A DNA stretch of 64,000 bases from an uncultured Gammaproteobacteria bacterium (lineage in GTDB: Bacteria > Patescibacteriota > Microgenomatia > UBA8517), in NCBI GenBank assembly GCA_964431555.1, contig CAYSJW010000015.1:41573-105572 (forward strand). Reading direction: 5' to 3'. The notes under the pieces were generated by a model. It was not told the DNA's origin and made no database searches. It worked only from the letters and a program-made list of their open reading frames with translations. Shown in pieces: positions 1-9,864 of the stretch. Every line of letters starts with the position of its first letter. Positions within the stretch are counted from its first letter, which is position 1. Both the position numbers and the translations under genes were made by a program.

Positions 1-75
1 AGCTGTGTTGAAATAGGTTTCTTTTAAACTCAAAATATGCCCTAAATTTTTAGAAAGTGATGTATTTTCATTTTT

Positions 76-1113
76 ATGAAAAAAGCTAAAATAAAATTTT
101 GTATAGCTGATGTCCAAAGTGACGCCCATTTAATTTGTTTTAACTGTAAAAGCTTGATTGAATGTTTTTATCAGAGAGCTAATTTTTTAGTGCTCCCAAA
201 ACCAGTAAAGCTAAGAAATTCTGTATTTATACCTGATTTAAATTTTTCTAAAACATTTTGGAAAGAAATAAAAAGGTGTAGAAATTTGGATTTAGGGAGG
301 GAATTTCCACCAGTATGTGTAAATGAAGTGATAGATAAAATTATGAATTTGTCGTATTCAAAAAGAGAAATTAAAAAAGCTAATCAAATTAAAATACATT
401 TTGAAAAAAACTGGAATAAATTTTTGGATGTAAGTGAAAAGGTTTTTGGTTCATCATTTAAAAACATTAAAATTTCGGAGATTTATATCATTATAACCAG
501 ATACGGTACAGTGGGAAGTTTCAAGATATTAAAAAATGGAACGAAAACACTAGCTTATTTATCAGCAAGAGTAGATCTTCCAAAAGAAGAAATTTTTTTA
601 AGTTTATTATTAATGATTCATAAGTATTTAATACAAAACCCAAGTGAGGTGGGAGAAGATAAATGGTTTCTGGAAATGGCAACCGTTGATTTTTTAAGGA
701 AAAAGACGGACTTTAAAAAATATATGCCGAAAGTGGAAGCTAAACCAACAAACATTAATCTGAGTAAACTGTTTACGACCTCTGCCAGATATTTAAAAAA
801 ACTTGGTTTGAATTTTAGTTGCAGAAATATATTTTTAGATGGCAATGAAAATTTGATTGTAAATGGTATAATTTTTGATAATCTGTTAACTCCTAAGGAG
901 AATTTATTTTTGAAAACATTGGTGAAAAATAGGGGCCATGTTGTGGGATTTGATAAGATGGGAAATGTGATTTGGAAAGGTAATTCTTACGATAAATTTT
1001 CTTTATATTCTCTTTCTAAGATTGTTCAGAATGTAAGGAGAAAGATATATGATGCAGGAATTAAAAATAATGTTATTTATACTTTACGAGGAAAAGGTTA
1101 TTTAATAAGATGA
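76..1113 (+). CDS. hypothetical protein with C-terminal OmpR/PhoB-type winged-helix DNA-binding domain
   Basis: Last ~75 aa (LTPKENLFLKTLVKNRGHVV...RRKI...IYTLRGKGYLI) match the Trans_reg_C winged-helix pattern. The ~260-aa N-terminal part is not recognised and has no receiver domain. Confidence 0.5.
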   Translation: MKKAKIKFCIADVQSDAHLICFNCKSLIECFYQRANFLVLPKPVKLRNSVFIPDLNFSKTFWKEIKRCRNLDLGREFPPVCVNEVIDKIMNLSYSKREIKKANQIKIHFEKNWNKFLDVSEKVFGSSFKNIKISEIYIIITRYGTVGSFKILKNGTKTLAYLSARVDLPKEEIFLSLLLMIHKYLIQNPSEVGEDKWFLEMATVDFLRKKTDFKKYMPKVEAKPTNINLSKLFTTSARYLKKLGLNFSCRNIFLDGNENLIVNGIIFDNLLTPKENLFLKTLVKNRGHVVGFDKMGNVIWKGNSYDKFSLYSLSKIVQNVRRKIYDAGIKNNVIYTLRGKGYLIR

Positions 1114-1351
1114 TTTTAAATATTATTTGAAACTTAAGATACTACTACCCACCAATACTTTATTTAATACCTTCCATTTTTTTCTTTTTTTAACACTTAC
1201 GGAAAAAATTTAAATAAATAAAATTCTGCGATAAAGGGTTAATATTTAATCTGGTGACTGGTGAAGATATTAACTACAAGATAGATTTAAATTAGAATAT
1301 AAGAAAACCCGTATTCTCACAACTAATGCAACGATTTAGCAAACAGTTACG

Positions 1352-1372
1352 CAACACCGGGTGTTGATTAGC
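1352..1372 (+). repeat. REP-like element: 15-bp palindrome caacacc-g-ggtgttg followed by ATTAG
   Basis: Perfect 7-1-7 inverted repeat plus GATTAG(CTT) tail, read directly. Same architecture as the elements at 1462, 55168 and 57954. Confidence 0.5.
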
Positions 1373-1450
1373 TTCTAACAATGAGTATTTATGTCCCTTA
1401 GGTCTTTTTATTCTGGTTAAATTCTATTAAGGTGATTATCAATTACAGGT

Positions 1451-1500
1451 TTCAAAGGTTTCAACCCGTCGGGTTGATTAGGTTCAAACCCTTCGGATTT
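1451..1500 (+). repeat. 45-bp REP/MITE-like element, copy 1 (palindrome caacccg-t-cgggttg + ATTAG, flanked by ggtttcaacc / ggttcaaacc)
   Basis: Its reverse complement aligns over ~45 bp with 23313-23358, with about 4 mismatches. It sits in a 427-bp non-coding region. Confidence 0.6.
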
Positions 1501-1540
1501 AAAAAAATTTGGATTTAAACAATTTTTAAATTCTTTAAAC

Positions 1541-1837
1541 TTATAAACCAGGCTTTTCTAATTTACATCTTCCTTCAATTAAATTGCCACATGCTTGGCA
1601 GATATAGTCATCTTTTTTAAATTCCTCGGGAATTTCAGTAAATTTTCCTTCGCTATAATATCTTCTAGCCTCCCTTATTCGTTGAGCAAATAATCTAAGA
1701 AATTCTCTATCCCAAATAAACGGGTATTCATTAGATAAAACACCCAACTGAAATAAAACATCTTCTTCAGTTAAATCATCATTCAGTTGGGAGACAAATT
1801 CTATATGATGAGGAACTAAACAAATTTCTTTCCACAT
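1541..1837 (-). CDS. hypothetical small protein (C-terminal CxxC...C motif)
   Basis: 98-aa ORF with no recognisable family. CQACGNLIEGRC near the C-terminus. Confidence 0.35.
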   Translation of the reverse strand: MWKEICLVPHHIEFVSQLNDDLTEEDVLFQLGVLSNEYPFIWDREFLRLFAQRIREARRYYSEGKFTEIPEEFKKDDYICQACGNLIEGRCKLEKPGL

Positions 1838-1947
1838 TTATAAAACAGTTTTTAATCTGTTAAATTGATTAGATTATATTTTTCAATTAATCACTTCTAA
1901 ATAAAATTTAATCAATTAAACAATCTAATACTAAATAAATCTAATAC

Positions 1948-2589
1948 CTATTTAGAAGAACTACCAATTTTATAACCTGCCAAAAGATCTTCTGAATTTA
2001 ATTTAGGACTGGATGTATTAAAACTACCACCCTTTTCAGAATTTTGAGAAGAAGATTTTTTTTCAATAACCTTATTTAATATTTCTTCCAGTAAACCTGC
2101 AATTTTTTCCAATTGAGAGGTTTGGTTTTGAATATTTGTACTTAATGTTGACAAATCTTTTTCAATCTTTTCAAAAAAACCACTTAATGTATCCCGACTA
2201 ATAGAAGTAAACGGAGCATTAGAGTCGGACAGATTAAAATTAAAATTACCAAATCCATCTTGATTATCCTGTTTTATTTTTGCGGGTTCATCGAAAGGTC
2301 CTTTTCTAAACTCAAGGTTATCGTATGTTAAAGATGTTATCGGAGGCTCCTCGCCAAAAACCGGTTCACGAACATTCTGAGAATCCGAATTGGTACTTTG
2401 ATTTGCTTGATCTAATACGTTACCACTATCTGCTTTAGGCAAACTAATACTGTTTGCACCATCTTTATCTTCCAATTCTTTCGGAAGAGGACTTGGGGGA
2501 ATATCGTGAGTCGGCATACCAACACCACCGGAAGTCGAATCCTGTGCATCATTTAAGGAATTAAAACCAGTTTTATCATTACCAAACAT
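1948..2589 (-). CDS. hypothetical protein, Ser/Asn/Gln-rich low complexity
   Basis: 213-aa ORF with biased composition, ending ...EEILNKVIEKK. No family recognised. Confidence 0.4.
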   Translation of the reverse strand: MFGNDKTGFNSLNDAQDSTSGGVGMPTHDIPPSPLPKELEDKDGANSISLPKADSGNVLDQANQSTNSDSQNVREPVFGEEPPITSLTYDNLEFRKGPFDEPAKIKQDNQDGFGNFNFNLSDSNAPFTSISRDTLSGFFEKIEKDLSTLSTNIQNQTSQLEKIAGLLEEILNKVIEKKSSSQNSEKGGSFNTSSPKLNSEDLLAGYKIGSSSK

Positions 2590-2649
2590 AAGAGAACTTT
2601 ATTTCATTCTAAACGGATTAATCATACTAAGTCAACAACATGCAAATAT

Positions 2650-3483
2650 TTATAAATCTGAAGCAGATTCAATAAGATTTTCCATTAAAGAAGAAACAGT
2701 TACCGGCCCTATTCCTCCCGGAACAGGTGATACGAATATAGCTTTATCAATTACTTCCTCTACTTTGACATCACCTTTGGGAGAACCCACATCTATAACC
2801 ACTGCTCCATATTTAACTTCTTCTTCCCCAATTATTCCAGGAGAACCCGTAACACTTATTAAAATATCTGCCTTTAGGGTTTTTACCTTCAAGTTTTTGT
2901 CTTTTCTATCAATTCCCAAAACGTCATACCCCATTTCTCTTAAAATCCTATAAATTTTACTTCCTTCAAATCCTCTATAACCAACAACCACCACCTGATA
3001 GGCACAAGGCAAATCCCGGGATTTTAGTTTTACAATATCAGGCGTTGCTTCTTTTATCACTTGAAGAACAGCTTTTACCGTTGGAGTTAAATATAGGCTA
3101 TCATTTCGAAGACCGTCTACATCTTTTTTCCTATCAATAGAATCAATTATTTCGTCTCTATCCTTATCCGAAAAACCTCCCGGCAAAGGCAATTGCACCA
3201 TAATCCCATGTATACTTTTATCCATATTGGCTTTTTTAATTTCACAAACTATATCAGCAACACCAATTTCCTCGCTATAACTTTTTATTTCAACTTCAAT
3301 ACCCAATTTCTCCCCTTTCTTCTTCTTTAAGTTTACATACAAAATACTTGCAGGGTCCTCACCGACAATTATAGAAACGAGTTTTGGAATGATTCCTTTT
3401 TTTCTCAATAAAACAACCTTTTTTTTAAGTTCCTCTTCCTTTTCAGTTGCAAATCTACGTCCATCAAAAATCCTGCAGTCCAT
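2650..3483 (-). CDS. folD: bifunctional methylenetetrahydrofolate dehydrogenase/cyclohydrolase FolD
   Basis: Motifs GIMVQLPLP, VVVVG..G, TGSPG and VIDVG. The likely start is the internal Met (MDCRIFDGRRFA); the ORF itself extends to 3561. Confidence 0.85.
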   Translation of the reverse strand: MDCRIFDGRRFATEKEEELKKKVVLLRKKGIIPKLVSIIVGEDPASILYVNLKKKKGEKLGIEVEIKSYSEEIGVADIVCEIKKANMDKSIHGIMVQLPLPGGFSDKDRDEIIDSIDRKKDVDGLRNDSLYLTPTVKAVLQVIKEATPDIVKLKSRDLPCAYQVVVVGYRGFEGSKIYRILREMGYDVLGIDRKDKNLKVKTLKADILISVTGSPGIIGEEEVKYGAVVIDVGSPKGDVKVEEVIDKAIFVSPVPGGIGPVTVSSLMENLIESASDL

Positions 3484-3584
3484 AAAGCTAATTTTAATCT
3501 GATCAAAATGAAATAACAACATATCCTTAAATACTTTTTCTTGGCTTTGGTATAAAATCAAATAAAAGATATTAAAATACTTTT

Positions 3585-3836
3585 ATGTTTGCAGAGAGAT
3601 TTGAGGAGCTTCTAATAAATCCTTATCTAAATCCAAACGGAGAATTGGAAAGAGCATGTCGAGAAATCGCTCATAAATTATGGCACGAAAGAGGGTGTCC
3701 TTCAGATACTCCTGATATAGACTGGAAAAAAGCACAAGAACTTTTAGTTTTATCCATTATCGATAATAACGAAGGTGCCAGAAACGAATTAATAAGATTG
3801 TGGAATAAGAATTCCTGCAACTGTAATAATAAATAA
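3585..3836 (+). CDS. small DUF2934-like protein
   Basis: EIAHKLWHERGCP..DIDWKKAQELL fits the R..AY.LWE.RG.P.G.D..DW..AE..L pattern of DUF2934. Confidence 0.4.
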   Translation: MFAERFEELLINPYLNPNGELERACREIAHKLWHERGCPSDTPDIDWKKAQELLVLSIIDNNEGARNELIRLWNKNSCNCNNK

Positions 3837-3850
3837 AAATCAGATTTTAT

Positions 3851-5188
3851 TCATGAAACGGGAAATTTTAGGCAGAGAGTTTTTACTTCTTTGGCAATCC
3901 CCAACAAAAATTTATCTTTTGCAATTTTTTCTTTAAACATTTTCAAGAATTTACTTCTAGCTTCTGGATTTTTTGGAAGTTTATAGGGTTTGACATACTC
4001 AATGACTTCTGAAATCCACTGGGCAATTTTTATCATCTCCTTTTCTTTCATTCCCCGTGTTGTTACTGCTGGCGTGCCCAAACGAATGCCCGATGGATAA
4101 AAGGGAGGCATATCATCATTTGGCACTGAATTTCTGTTAACAATAATACCAGCAACCTCCAAAGCTTCAGCTACTATATTACCCGAAAGACCCACGGGTC
4201 TTAAATCAATCACCATTAAATGACACTCCGTTCCCCCCCCTACCAAAGTAAGTCCTTTCTTTTTAAGTTCATTCGACAAAACTAGTGCATTCTTGACAAT
4301 CTGCTTTCCGTATCTTTTAAAATCAGAGCTTATCGCTTCCTGAAGACAAACTGCAATCCCTGCGGTTGTATTGTTATGAGGACCTCCTTGCATTCCTGGA
4401 ATTATTGCTTTGTCTATTTTTGATGGAAGATCTGTATCCTTTTTAATTCCTCTTTCTGTTACCAAAATCATCGCCCCCCGAGGACCCCTAAGAGTTTTAT
4501 GAGTAGTCGTCGTCACAATGTGAGCGTAAGGAAAAGGACTTGGATAAACTTTAGCAATGATAAGTCCGACGATGTGGGAAATGTCAGTAACAAGCCAGGA
4601 ATTAATCCTATCTGCTATTTGTGCAAATTTTTTCCAATCAAAAGCCAAAGGATATGCAGTTGTTCCTATAAGCATAAGTCTTGGTTTTTCTTTTTCTGCA
4701 AGTTTTTCAATTTCCTTGTAATCCAAAAACCCATTTATATCAAGGCTAAACTGCACTGATCTAAAATATTTTCCGGAAAAAGTAATATCAGGATGTCCAT
4801 GAGTTAAATGCCCGCCCGCCGAAAGTTTCATACCCATTATCGTATCCCCAGGCTTGCAAAGAGCAAATAAAACCTCCGAATTAGCGGGAGAACCTGAATA
4901 AGGTTGGACATTCGCATAAGGTACTTTAAAAAGTTTTTTTGCTCTTTCAATTGCTAACGTTTCTACTTCGTCGATAATATTGTTGCCCTGATAATATCGT
5001 CGTCCGGGGTATCCCTCCGAGTATTTATTCATCAAAACCGATCCAACCGCAACCCTAACGGCTTTGGAGGCATAATTTTCAGAAGGAATCATCATCAAAG
5101 TTTCCCTCTGCCTTTCTTCTTCTTTTTTAATAAGCTCAAAAACTTTATCCACGTTAAATTTATTCGTTATAAAATCCCGATGTGCCAA
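3851..5188 (-). CDS. glyA: serine hydroxymethyltransferase GlyA
   Basis: LMMIPSENY, GYPGRRYY, HLTHGH and TTTTHKTLRGPRGAMIL are present. The start is called at a TTG codon, so it is uncertain. Confidence 0.9.
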   Translation of the reverse strand: MAHRDFITNKFNVDKVFELIKKEEERQRETLMMIPSENYASKAVRVAVGSVLMNKYSEGYPGRRYYQGNNIIDEVETLAIERAKKLFKVPYANVQPYSGSPANSEVLFALCKPGDTIMGMKLSAGGHLTHGHPDITFSGKYFRSVQFSLDINGFLDYKEIEKLAEKEKPRLMLIGTTAYPLAFDWKKFAQIADRINSWLVTDISHIVGLIIAKVYPSPFPYAHIVTTTTHKTLRGPRGAMILVTERGIKKDTDLPSKIDKAIIPGMQGGPHNNTTAGIAVCLQEAISSDFKRYGKQIVKNALVLSNELKKKGLTLVGGGTECHLMVIDLRPVGLSGNIVAEALEVAGIIVNRNSVPNDDMPPFYPSGIRLGTPAVTTRGMKEKEMIKIAQWISEVIEYVKPYKLPKNPEARSKFLKMFKEKIAKDKFLLGIAKEVKTLCLKFPVS

Positions 5189-5192
5189 GCTA

Positions 5193-5253
5193 AACCACTT
5201 CCGAAGTGTTTAAACCTTATGTGTCATTTCACACTTCCGAAGTGTGTCATTTC
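5193..5253. repeat. two tandem REP-like palindromes (cacttc-c-gaagtg), reverse orientation of the 55168-type core
   Basis: aaaccacttccgaagtgttt and cacacttccgaagtgtgtc lie 41 bp apart. The second lies inside the tmk 3' end and supplies its last codons and stop. Confidence 0.5.
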
Positions 5254-5883
5254 AAAAATTTGGCTTAAGACTTCAGAAACTCTAACCCTTACTTCTTCTA
5301 TTGTTCCTTCTCCATCAACAGTATACCACTTTAAATCTCCCCAACCTTCCTTTGCCATTTTACGATAACCAATAATTAATCTTTTCAAATAATCCTTACC
5401 TTGTTTATCAAAAGGGTCTCTCTCGCTTTCAGCTTCTTTTCTTTTAATCGCAGTCTCCTGAGAAATATCAAGAAAGATAACAGCATCAGGTCTAGCTCCT
5501 TCCATAACAATCTGGGATATAGCCAAAATCTGATTCAAATCTCCACCTTCCGCAAAACCTTGATAAGCAGCTGTTGAAGTGTGAGCTCTGTCAGTTATAA
5601 CATTAATTCCTTTTTCTAGCGCCGGTTTGACCAAAGAGTTAAGCCATAGATAACGCGCGGCAAAAAATAAAACCATCTGACCTTCAGGTCCAATTAGATT
5701 TTCGCCTCTTAATCTAAAAATCAATTCTCTTATTTTCTCTGAAGCTTCCACTCCACCCGGTTCTCTTGTTGCCAAAACTTTTAAACCATTTTCCTGCAAA
5801 AATTTCTTGGCAAGTTCAATCTGTGTAGTTTTTCCCGACCCGCCAACTCCTTCAAATACAATAAATTTCCCTCTTTTCATCAA
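5224..5883 (-). CDS. tmk: thymidylate kinase Tmk
   Basis: P-loop [15 protein letters not shown], plus LATREPGG and DRY/DR-like motifs. The C-terminal tail ...[10 protein letters not shown] is encoded by a REP-like palindrome. Confidence 0.85.
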   Translation of the reverse strand: MMKRGKFIVFEGVGGSGKTTQIELAKKFLQENGLKVLATREPGGVEASEKIRELIFRLRGENLIGPEGQMVLFFAARYLWLNSLVKPALEKGINVITDRAHTSTAAYQGFAEGGDLNQILAISQIVMEGARPDAVIFLDISQETAIKRKEAESERDPFDKQGKDYLKRLIIGYRKMAKEGWGDLKWYTVDGEGTIEEVRVRVSEVLSQIFEMTHFGSVK

Positions 5884-5897
5884 AACTTTTATATTTT

Positions 5898-6830
5898 ATG
5901 ATATCCAAAATGTCAACCGGGGAAAATCAAGGCGAATATCAATACCTAGATCTCCTTAAAGATATTCTCGAAAACGGCGTAACTTCAAAAGACAGAACAG
6001 GCACCGGAACAAAAAAAGTCTTCGGCAGAATGCTTAAATTTGACTTATCAGAAGGTTTTCCCCTCTTAACCACCAAAAAAATGTTTATCAAGGGCATAAT
6101 TCACGAGCTTTTATGGTTTATCAAAGGAGACTCAAATATAAGATACCTCGTTAAAAACGGAGTCAATGTCTGGAACGAATGGCCATTTCAAAGATATCTT
6201 AAAACTAAAAAACTCGAGAAAAATTATCCCAAATATTCCGATTCCTGGAAAGCAAAAATGCAAGAATTTGTTGAAAAAATCAAAAAAGACAAAACATTCG
6301 CCGAAAAATGGGGTGATTGTGGTCCTTTTTACGGAGTTCAATGGAGAAATTTCAATGGCGTTGATCAACTCTCCCGGGTGATAAAAGAAATTAAGAAAAA
6401 CCCCAATTCAAGAAGGTTAATTGTTAATGCCTGGAATACTCCCCTAGTTGATAAAATGGCTCTTCCCCCCTGTCATGTGATGTATCAGTTTCAAATTTCA
6501 GAAAATAAGTTAAATTGTATGATGTATCAAAGATCTGTTGATACTTTCCTAGGTCTTCCATTTAATATCGCCTCGTACGCTCTTTTAACCAATATGGTTG
6601 CTCATGTGACCAGCTACAAGCCCGGCGAACTTACTTTGGCTCTTGGTGATACCCATCTTTACCTAAATCACATAGAACAAGCCAAAGAACAACTAAAAAG
6701 AAAGCCCTATAAATTACCAACAATCAAAATCAATCCCAAGGTTAAATCTTTATTCAAATTTAAATATAACGATTTTGAACTTATAAATTATAAATATCAC
6801 CCGGCTATAAAGGCTCAAATATCCGTTTAA
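5898..6830 (+). CDS. thyA: thymidylate synthase ThyA (long form)
   Basis: DRTGTGT, HELLWF, the active-site-region PPCH and [16 protein letters not shown] motifs. Confidence 0.9.
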   Translation: MISKMSTGENQGEYQYLDLLKDILENGVTSKDRTGTGTKKVFGRMLKFDLSEGFPLLTTKKMFIKGIIHELLWFIKGDSNIRYLVKNGVNVWNEWPFQRYLKTKKLEKNYPKYSDSWKAKMQEFVEKIKKDKTFAEKWGDCGPFYGVQWRNFNGVDQLSRVIKEIKKNPNSRRLIVNAWNTPLVDKMALPPCHVMYQFQISENKLNCMMYQRSVDTFLGLPFNIASYALLTNMVAHVTSYKPGELTLALGDTHLYLNHIEQAKEQLKRKPYKLPTIKINPKVKSLFKFKYNDFELINYKYHPAIKAQISV

Positions 6831-6929
6831 TTCATTGATTTATTATTTCTTAAGAGAAAAACAAATAAAAAACATTGCTTTAAAAAATACACAAAAAGGC
6901 CAAATAAAATTTATCTAAAAAAACGAATA

Positions 6930-7421
6930 ATGAAAATCTCAATTATTGTAGCCTTAGATCGAAATAATCTCATAGGTAAAAATAATTCTCTCCCATGGCA
7001 TTTGCCAGCCGATTTAAAACATTTTAAGGAAACTACCATGGGACATCATATTCTCTTTGGGCAAAAAACCTTTGAATCTATAGGCCATCCACTAAAAGGA
7101 AGAACAAATATCATCTTATCCAACGATCCAAATTACTTTGCCAAAGAATGCATTACAGTTAGAACTCCCATAGAAGCAATCAAATATGCCAAAGAAAGGG
7201 GGGAAAATGAACTTTTTATTTGTGGTGGAGCAATGGTTTATAAAACTTTCCTTTCATTATCAGATAGAATTTACATGACCAAAATTGACCATTCCTTCAA
7301 TGGTGATACTTACTTTCCAAAAATCAATCTTAATTCTTGGAAACTCGTATCAAAAGAAGATCACAAACCCGACGTAAGAAACCCATATTTTTATCATTTT
7401 CTAATTTATGATAAAAAGTGA
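6930..7421 (+). CDS. folA: dihydrofolate reductase FolA
   Basis: ISIIVALDRNNLIGKNNSLPWHLP.DLKHFKETT and GRTNIILS motifs. Confidence 0.85.
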   Translation: MKISIIVALDRNNLIGKNNSLPWHLPADLKHFKETTMGHHILFGQKTFESIGHPLKGRTNIILSNDPNYFAKECITVRTPIEAIKYAKERGENELFICGGAMVYKTFLSLSDRIYMTKIDHSFNGDTYFPKINLNSWKLVSKEDHKPDVRNPYFYHFLIYDKK

Positions 7422-7433
7422 CTAACATCTTTT

Positions 7434-7805
7434 ATGAAACCCAATGAATACATAAAAAAAGCCAAAAGAACTGCCATTAAAAAATACCCTTTTAAAAAAA
7501 CTGGAGATGTAACTCCTGAAATTGAGCACTCAATAATGGGCATTGTTACCGAAGCTGGTGAGCTAATGGATGAAGTAAAAAAAGCGAAAATCTATGGAAA
7601 AAAATTAGACAAATTAAACCTAATTGAAGAGCTTGGCGATCTGATGTGGTATATAGCATTAATATTAGATCATCTAGAGATAGATTTTGAAACTGTCTGG
7701 GAAAAAAATATCAATAAACTAAAAGTTAGATATCCAAAAAAATTTACTGAAAACAAGGCAAAAAATAGAAATCTCGAAAAAGAAAAAAACGCACTAAAAA
7801 TATAG
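7434..7805 (+). CDS. MazG-like nucleoside triphosphate pyrophosphohydrolase
   Basis: EAGEL...EELGDLMWY is the MazG/NTP-PPase motif pair. It lies immediately downstream of thyA-folA. Confidence 0.7.
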   Translation: MKPNEYIKKAKRTAIKKYPFKKTGDVTPEIEHSIMGIVTEAGELMDEVKKAKIYGKKLDKLNLIEELGDLMWYIALILDHLEIDFETVWEKNINKLKVRYPKKFTENKAKNRNLEKEKNALKI

Positions 7806-7809
7806 AAAT

Positions 7810-9816
7810 TCAGCTAGGTTTTCTCCAACTTGCCCAGTCACAATTTGGGTACCTAGGACAGCTGTAAAACTTCTTCCCTCTTTTTGTTTTCTTTACAATA
7901 ATTTTCGCCTCTTTACACTTCGGGCATTTTATATCCATTTCCTCTACAAACCTTTCCGTGTGTTTACATTCTGGAAAATTCGAGCAGGATATAAATTTAC
8001 CAAAGCGTCCGGTTCTAATCACCAACTCTCCTTGATTTTCTCCAATTCTACCCTCTTTTTCACAAGTCGGGCACTTTTTTCCAACTTTTTCAGTCTCTAT
8101 TTTCACCCTTTTTGATCTCTCATCTACATCCTTTAACTTCTCCTCAAAAGGTTTATAAAATTCCCCCATCATCTTCTGCCACTGACGGCTTCCCTTGGCT
8201 ATCTCATCAAGTTCATTTTCCATTTCAGCTGTAAATGAATAATCAACAATATCGGAAAAATTATTAACCAAAAAATCAGTTACAGCCAAACCTATCGGAG
8301 TCGGATAAAACCTGCCTTCTTTCTTTTCAACATACTGACGCAGCTGTATTGTTGTGATTATTGGTGCATACGTTGATGGTCTGCCTATACCCAATGATTC
8401 CAGCGTCTTTATTAAAGACGCTTCATTATATCTAGGTGGTGGTTGGGTAAACTTTTGTTCAGAAAATACCTTGATCAAATCTAAAAATTCTCCTTTTTGA
8501 ACAAAAGGTAATTTAGGAAGTTCCTCTTTTGAAAGAGGAATAACCTTCCTCCAACCATCAAACCTCATAACCTGCCCTGATATCTTTAAAATATATCTAT
8601 GTCCCGAAGGAGTATCTTTATTCTCAGCCAAAACTTCAATATTAGTTTCATCAAAAAGACAATCAGACATTTGGGAGGCCACGAATCTTCTCCAAATAAG
8701 ATCATACAAAAGATTTCCTTCCTTTTCGTATTTTTTACTTTCCACTTTCACCCGAGCTGATAAATCAGTTGGTCTTATCGCTTCATGCGCCTCTTGGGCA
8801 AGTTTAGAAACCTTTTTATATAATCTAGGCTTGTCTGGAAGATATTTACCCCCATATTCTTGAGAGATAAAATCTCTAACTTTTGATAATGCTTGACTGC
8901 TTATGTTAAAAGAGTCAGTTCTGTGATAGGTGATCAATCCTTCTTCATATAATCTTTGCGCTATAGACATAGTTTTCTTCGCAGACCATGAAAAAATTCG
9001 AGCCGCCGATTGAGTCATGGTTGAAGTGGTGAAAGGAGGATAGGGGGATTTTCTAACTTCCCTCTTCTTGACATCAAAAACCATATAACTGGCTTTTTCC
9101 AAATCATCGACAACTTCTTTAGCTTTATCACCATTTGAAACAACAGCTTTTTTACCATCTATCTTATATAACTGGACAATAAAACTATCAGAAGCCAATC
9201 TGGAATTTTTAGCCCTAACTTTTGAGAAAATATCCCAGTACTCAACAGGCACGAAATTCTGAATTTCCCTCTCTCTTTCAACTATCAAACGAACAGCGAC
9301 TGACTGAACCCTCCCGGCAGATAAACCACGCCTGATTTTTCTCCAAAGCAAAGGAGAAAGTTTATATCCTACCAATCTATCCAAAACTCTGCGAGCGATT
9401 TGAGCGTCAACCAACTTCAAATCTATCTGTCTTGGATTTCTCAAAGCTTCCTCTACAGCGTTTTTTGTTATCTCATGAAAAACTATTCTAGATAATCTCG
9501 TCTTATCAACTTTCTTTTTAGAATCCAAAAGTATTTCTTCAACGTGTTTTGCTATTGCCTCCCCTTCTCTGTCCGGATCTGTTGCCAAATATATTGATTG
9601 CGACTTTTCAGCGTTTTCCTTGATTTTCTTTATTAATTCCTTATTTCTAGAAACTAGGACATATTCAGGAGTAAAACCATTTTCAATATCTATGGCTAAT
9701 TTACTTTTAGGCAAATCTTTGATATGCCCTCCTGTTGCCTGTATTAAAAACTCTTTTCCCAAAAAGGCAGACAAGGTTCTAGCTTTTGTAGGTGACTCTA
9801 CAACTATAAGATTCAT
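7810..9816 (-). CDS. topA: DNA topoisomerase I TopA
   Basis: Toprim N-terminus (VVESPTKA...ATDPDREGEAI), a TYHRTDS-like active-site region, and C-terminal Cys4 zinc ribbons (CPTC, CPKC). Confidence 0.9.
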   Translation of the reverse strand: MNLIVVESPTKARTLSAFLGKEFLIQATGGHIKDLPKSKLAIDIENGFTPEYVLVSRNKELIKKIKENAEKSQSIYLATDPDREGEAIAKHVEEILLDSKKKVDKTRLSRIVFHEITKNAVEEALRNPRQIDLKLVDAQIARRVLDRLVGYKLSPLLWRKIRRGLSAGRVQSVAVRLIVEREREIQNFVPVEYWDIFSKVRAKNSRLASDSFIVQLYKIDGKKAVVSNGDKAKEVVDDLEKASYMVFDVKKREVRKSPYPPFTTSTMTQSAARIFSWSAKKTMSIAQRLYEEGLITYHRTDSFNISSQALSKVRDFISQEYGGKYLPDKPRLYKKVSKLAQEAHEAIRPTDLSARVKVESKKYEKEGNLLYDLIWRRFVASQMSDCLFDETNIEVLAENKDTPSGHRYILKISGQVMRFDGWRKVIPLSKEELPKLPFVQKGEFLDLIKVFSEQKFTQPPPRYNEASLIKTLESLGIGRPSTYAPIITTIQLRQYVEKKEGRFYPTPIGLAVTDFLVNNFSDIVDYSFTAEMENELDEIAKGSRQWQKMMGEFYKPFEEKLKDVDERSKRVKIETEKVGKKCPTCEKEGRIGENQGELVIRTGRFGKFISCSNFPECKHTERFVEEMDIKCPKCKEAKIIVKKTKRGKKFYSCPRYPNCDWASWRKPS

Positions 9817-9864
9817 AAAATATAAATAATATTACCTTGATAAAAAATTGTAAATAAGACTAAT

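Noticed and set aside
618-845. Antisense and alternate-frame ORFs of 60-150 aa listed in the six-frame track. Examples: 618..845, 2765..2953, 4499..4759, 6132..6381, 9620..9829, 10418..10717, 13554..13769, 14079..14291, 17629..17817, 18146..18403, 21788..22012, 24253..24492, 28100..29146, 34425..34724, 35329..35784, 37141..38198, 41480..43323, 44599..45158, 46652..46990, 49701..50339, 51043..51309, 52325..52595, 53518..54158, 54924..55160, 56339..57642, 58234..58927, 59706..60074, 61432..61626 and 62117..62341.
   Set aside because: Each is fully embedded in, and opposite to or out of frame with, a longer ORF that has clear homology. Their low-complexity or odd composition is typical of shadow ORFs in AT-rich DNA.
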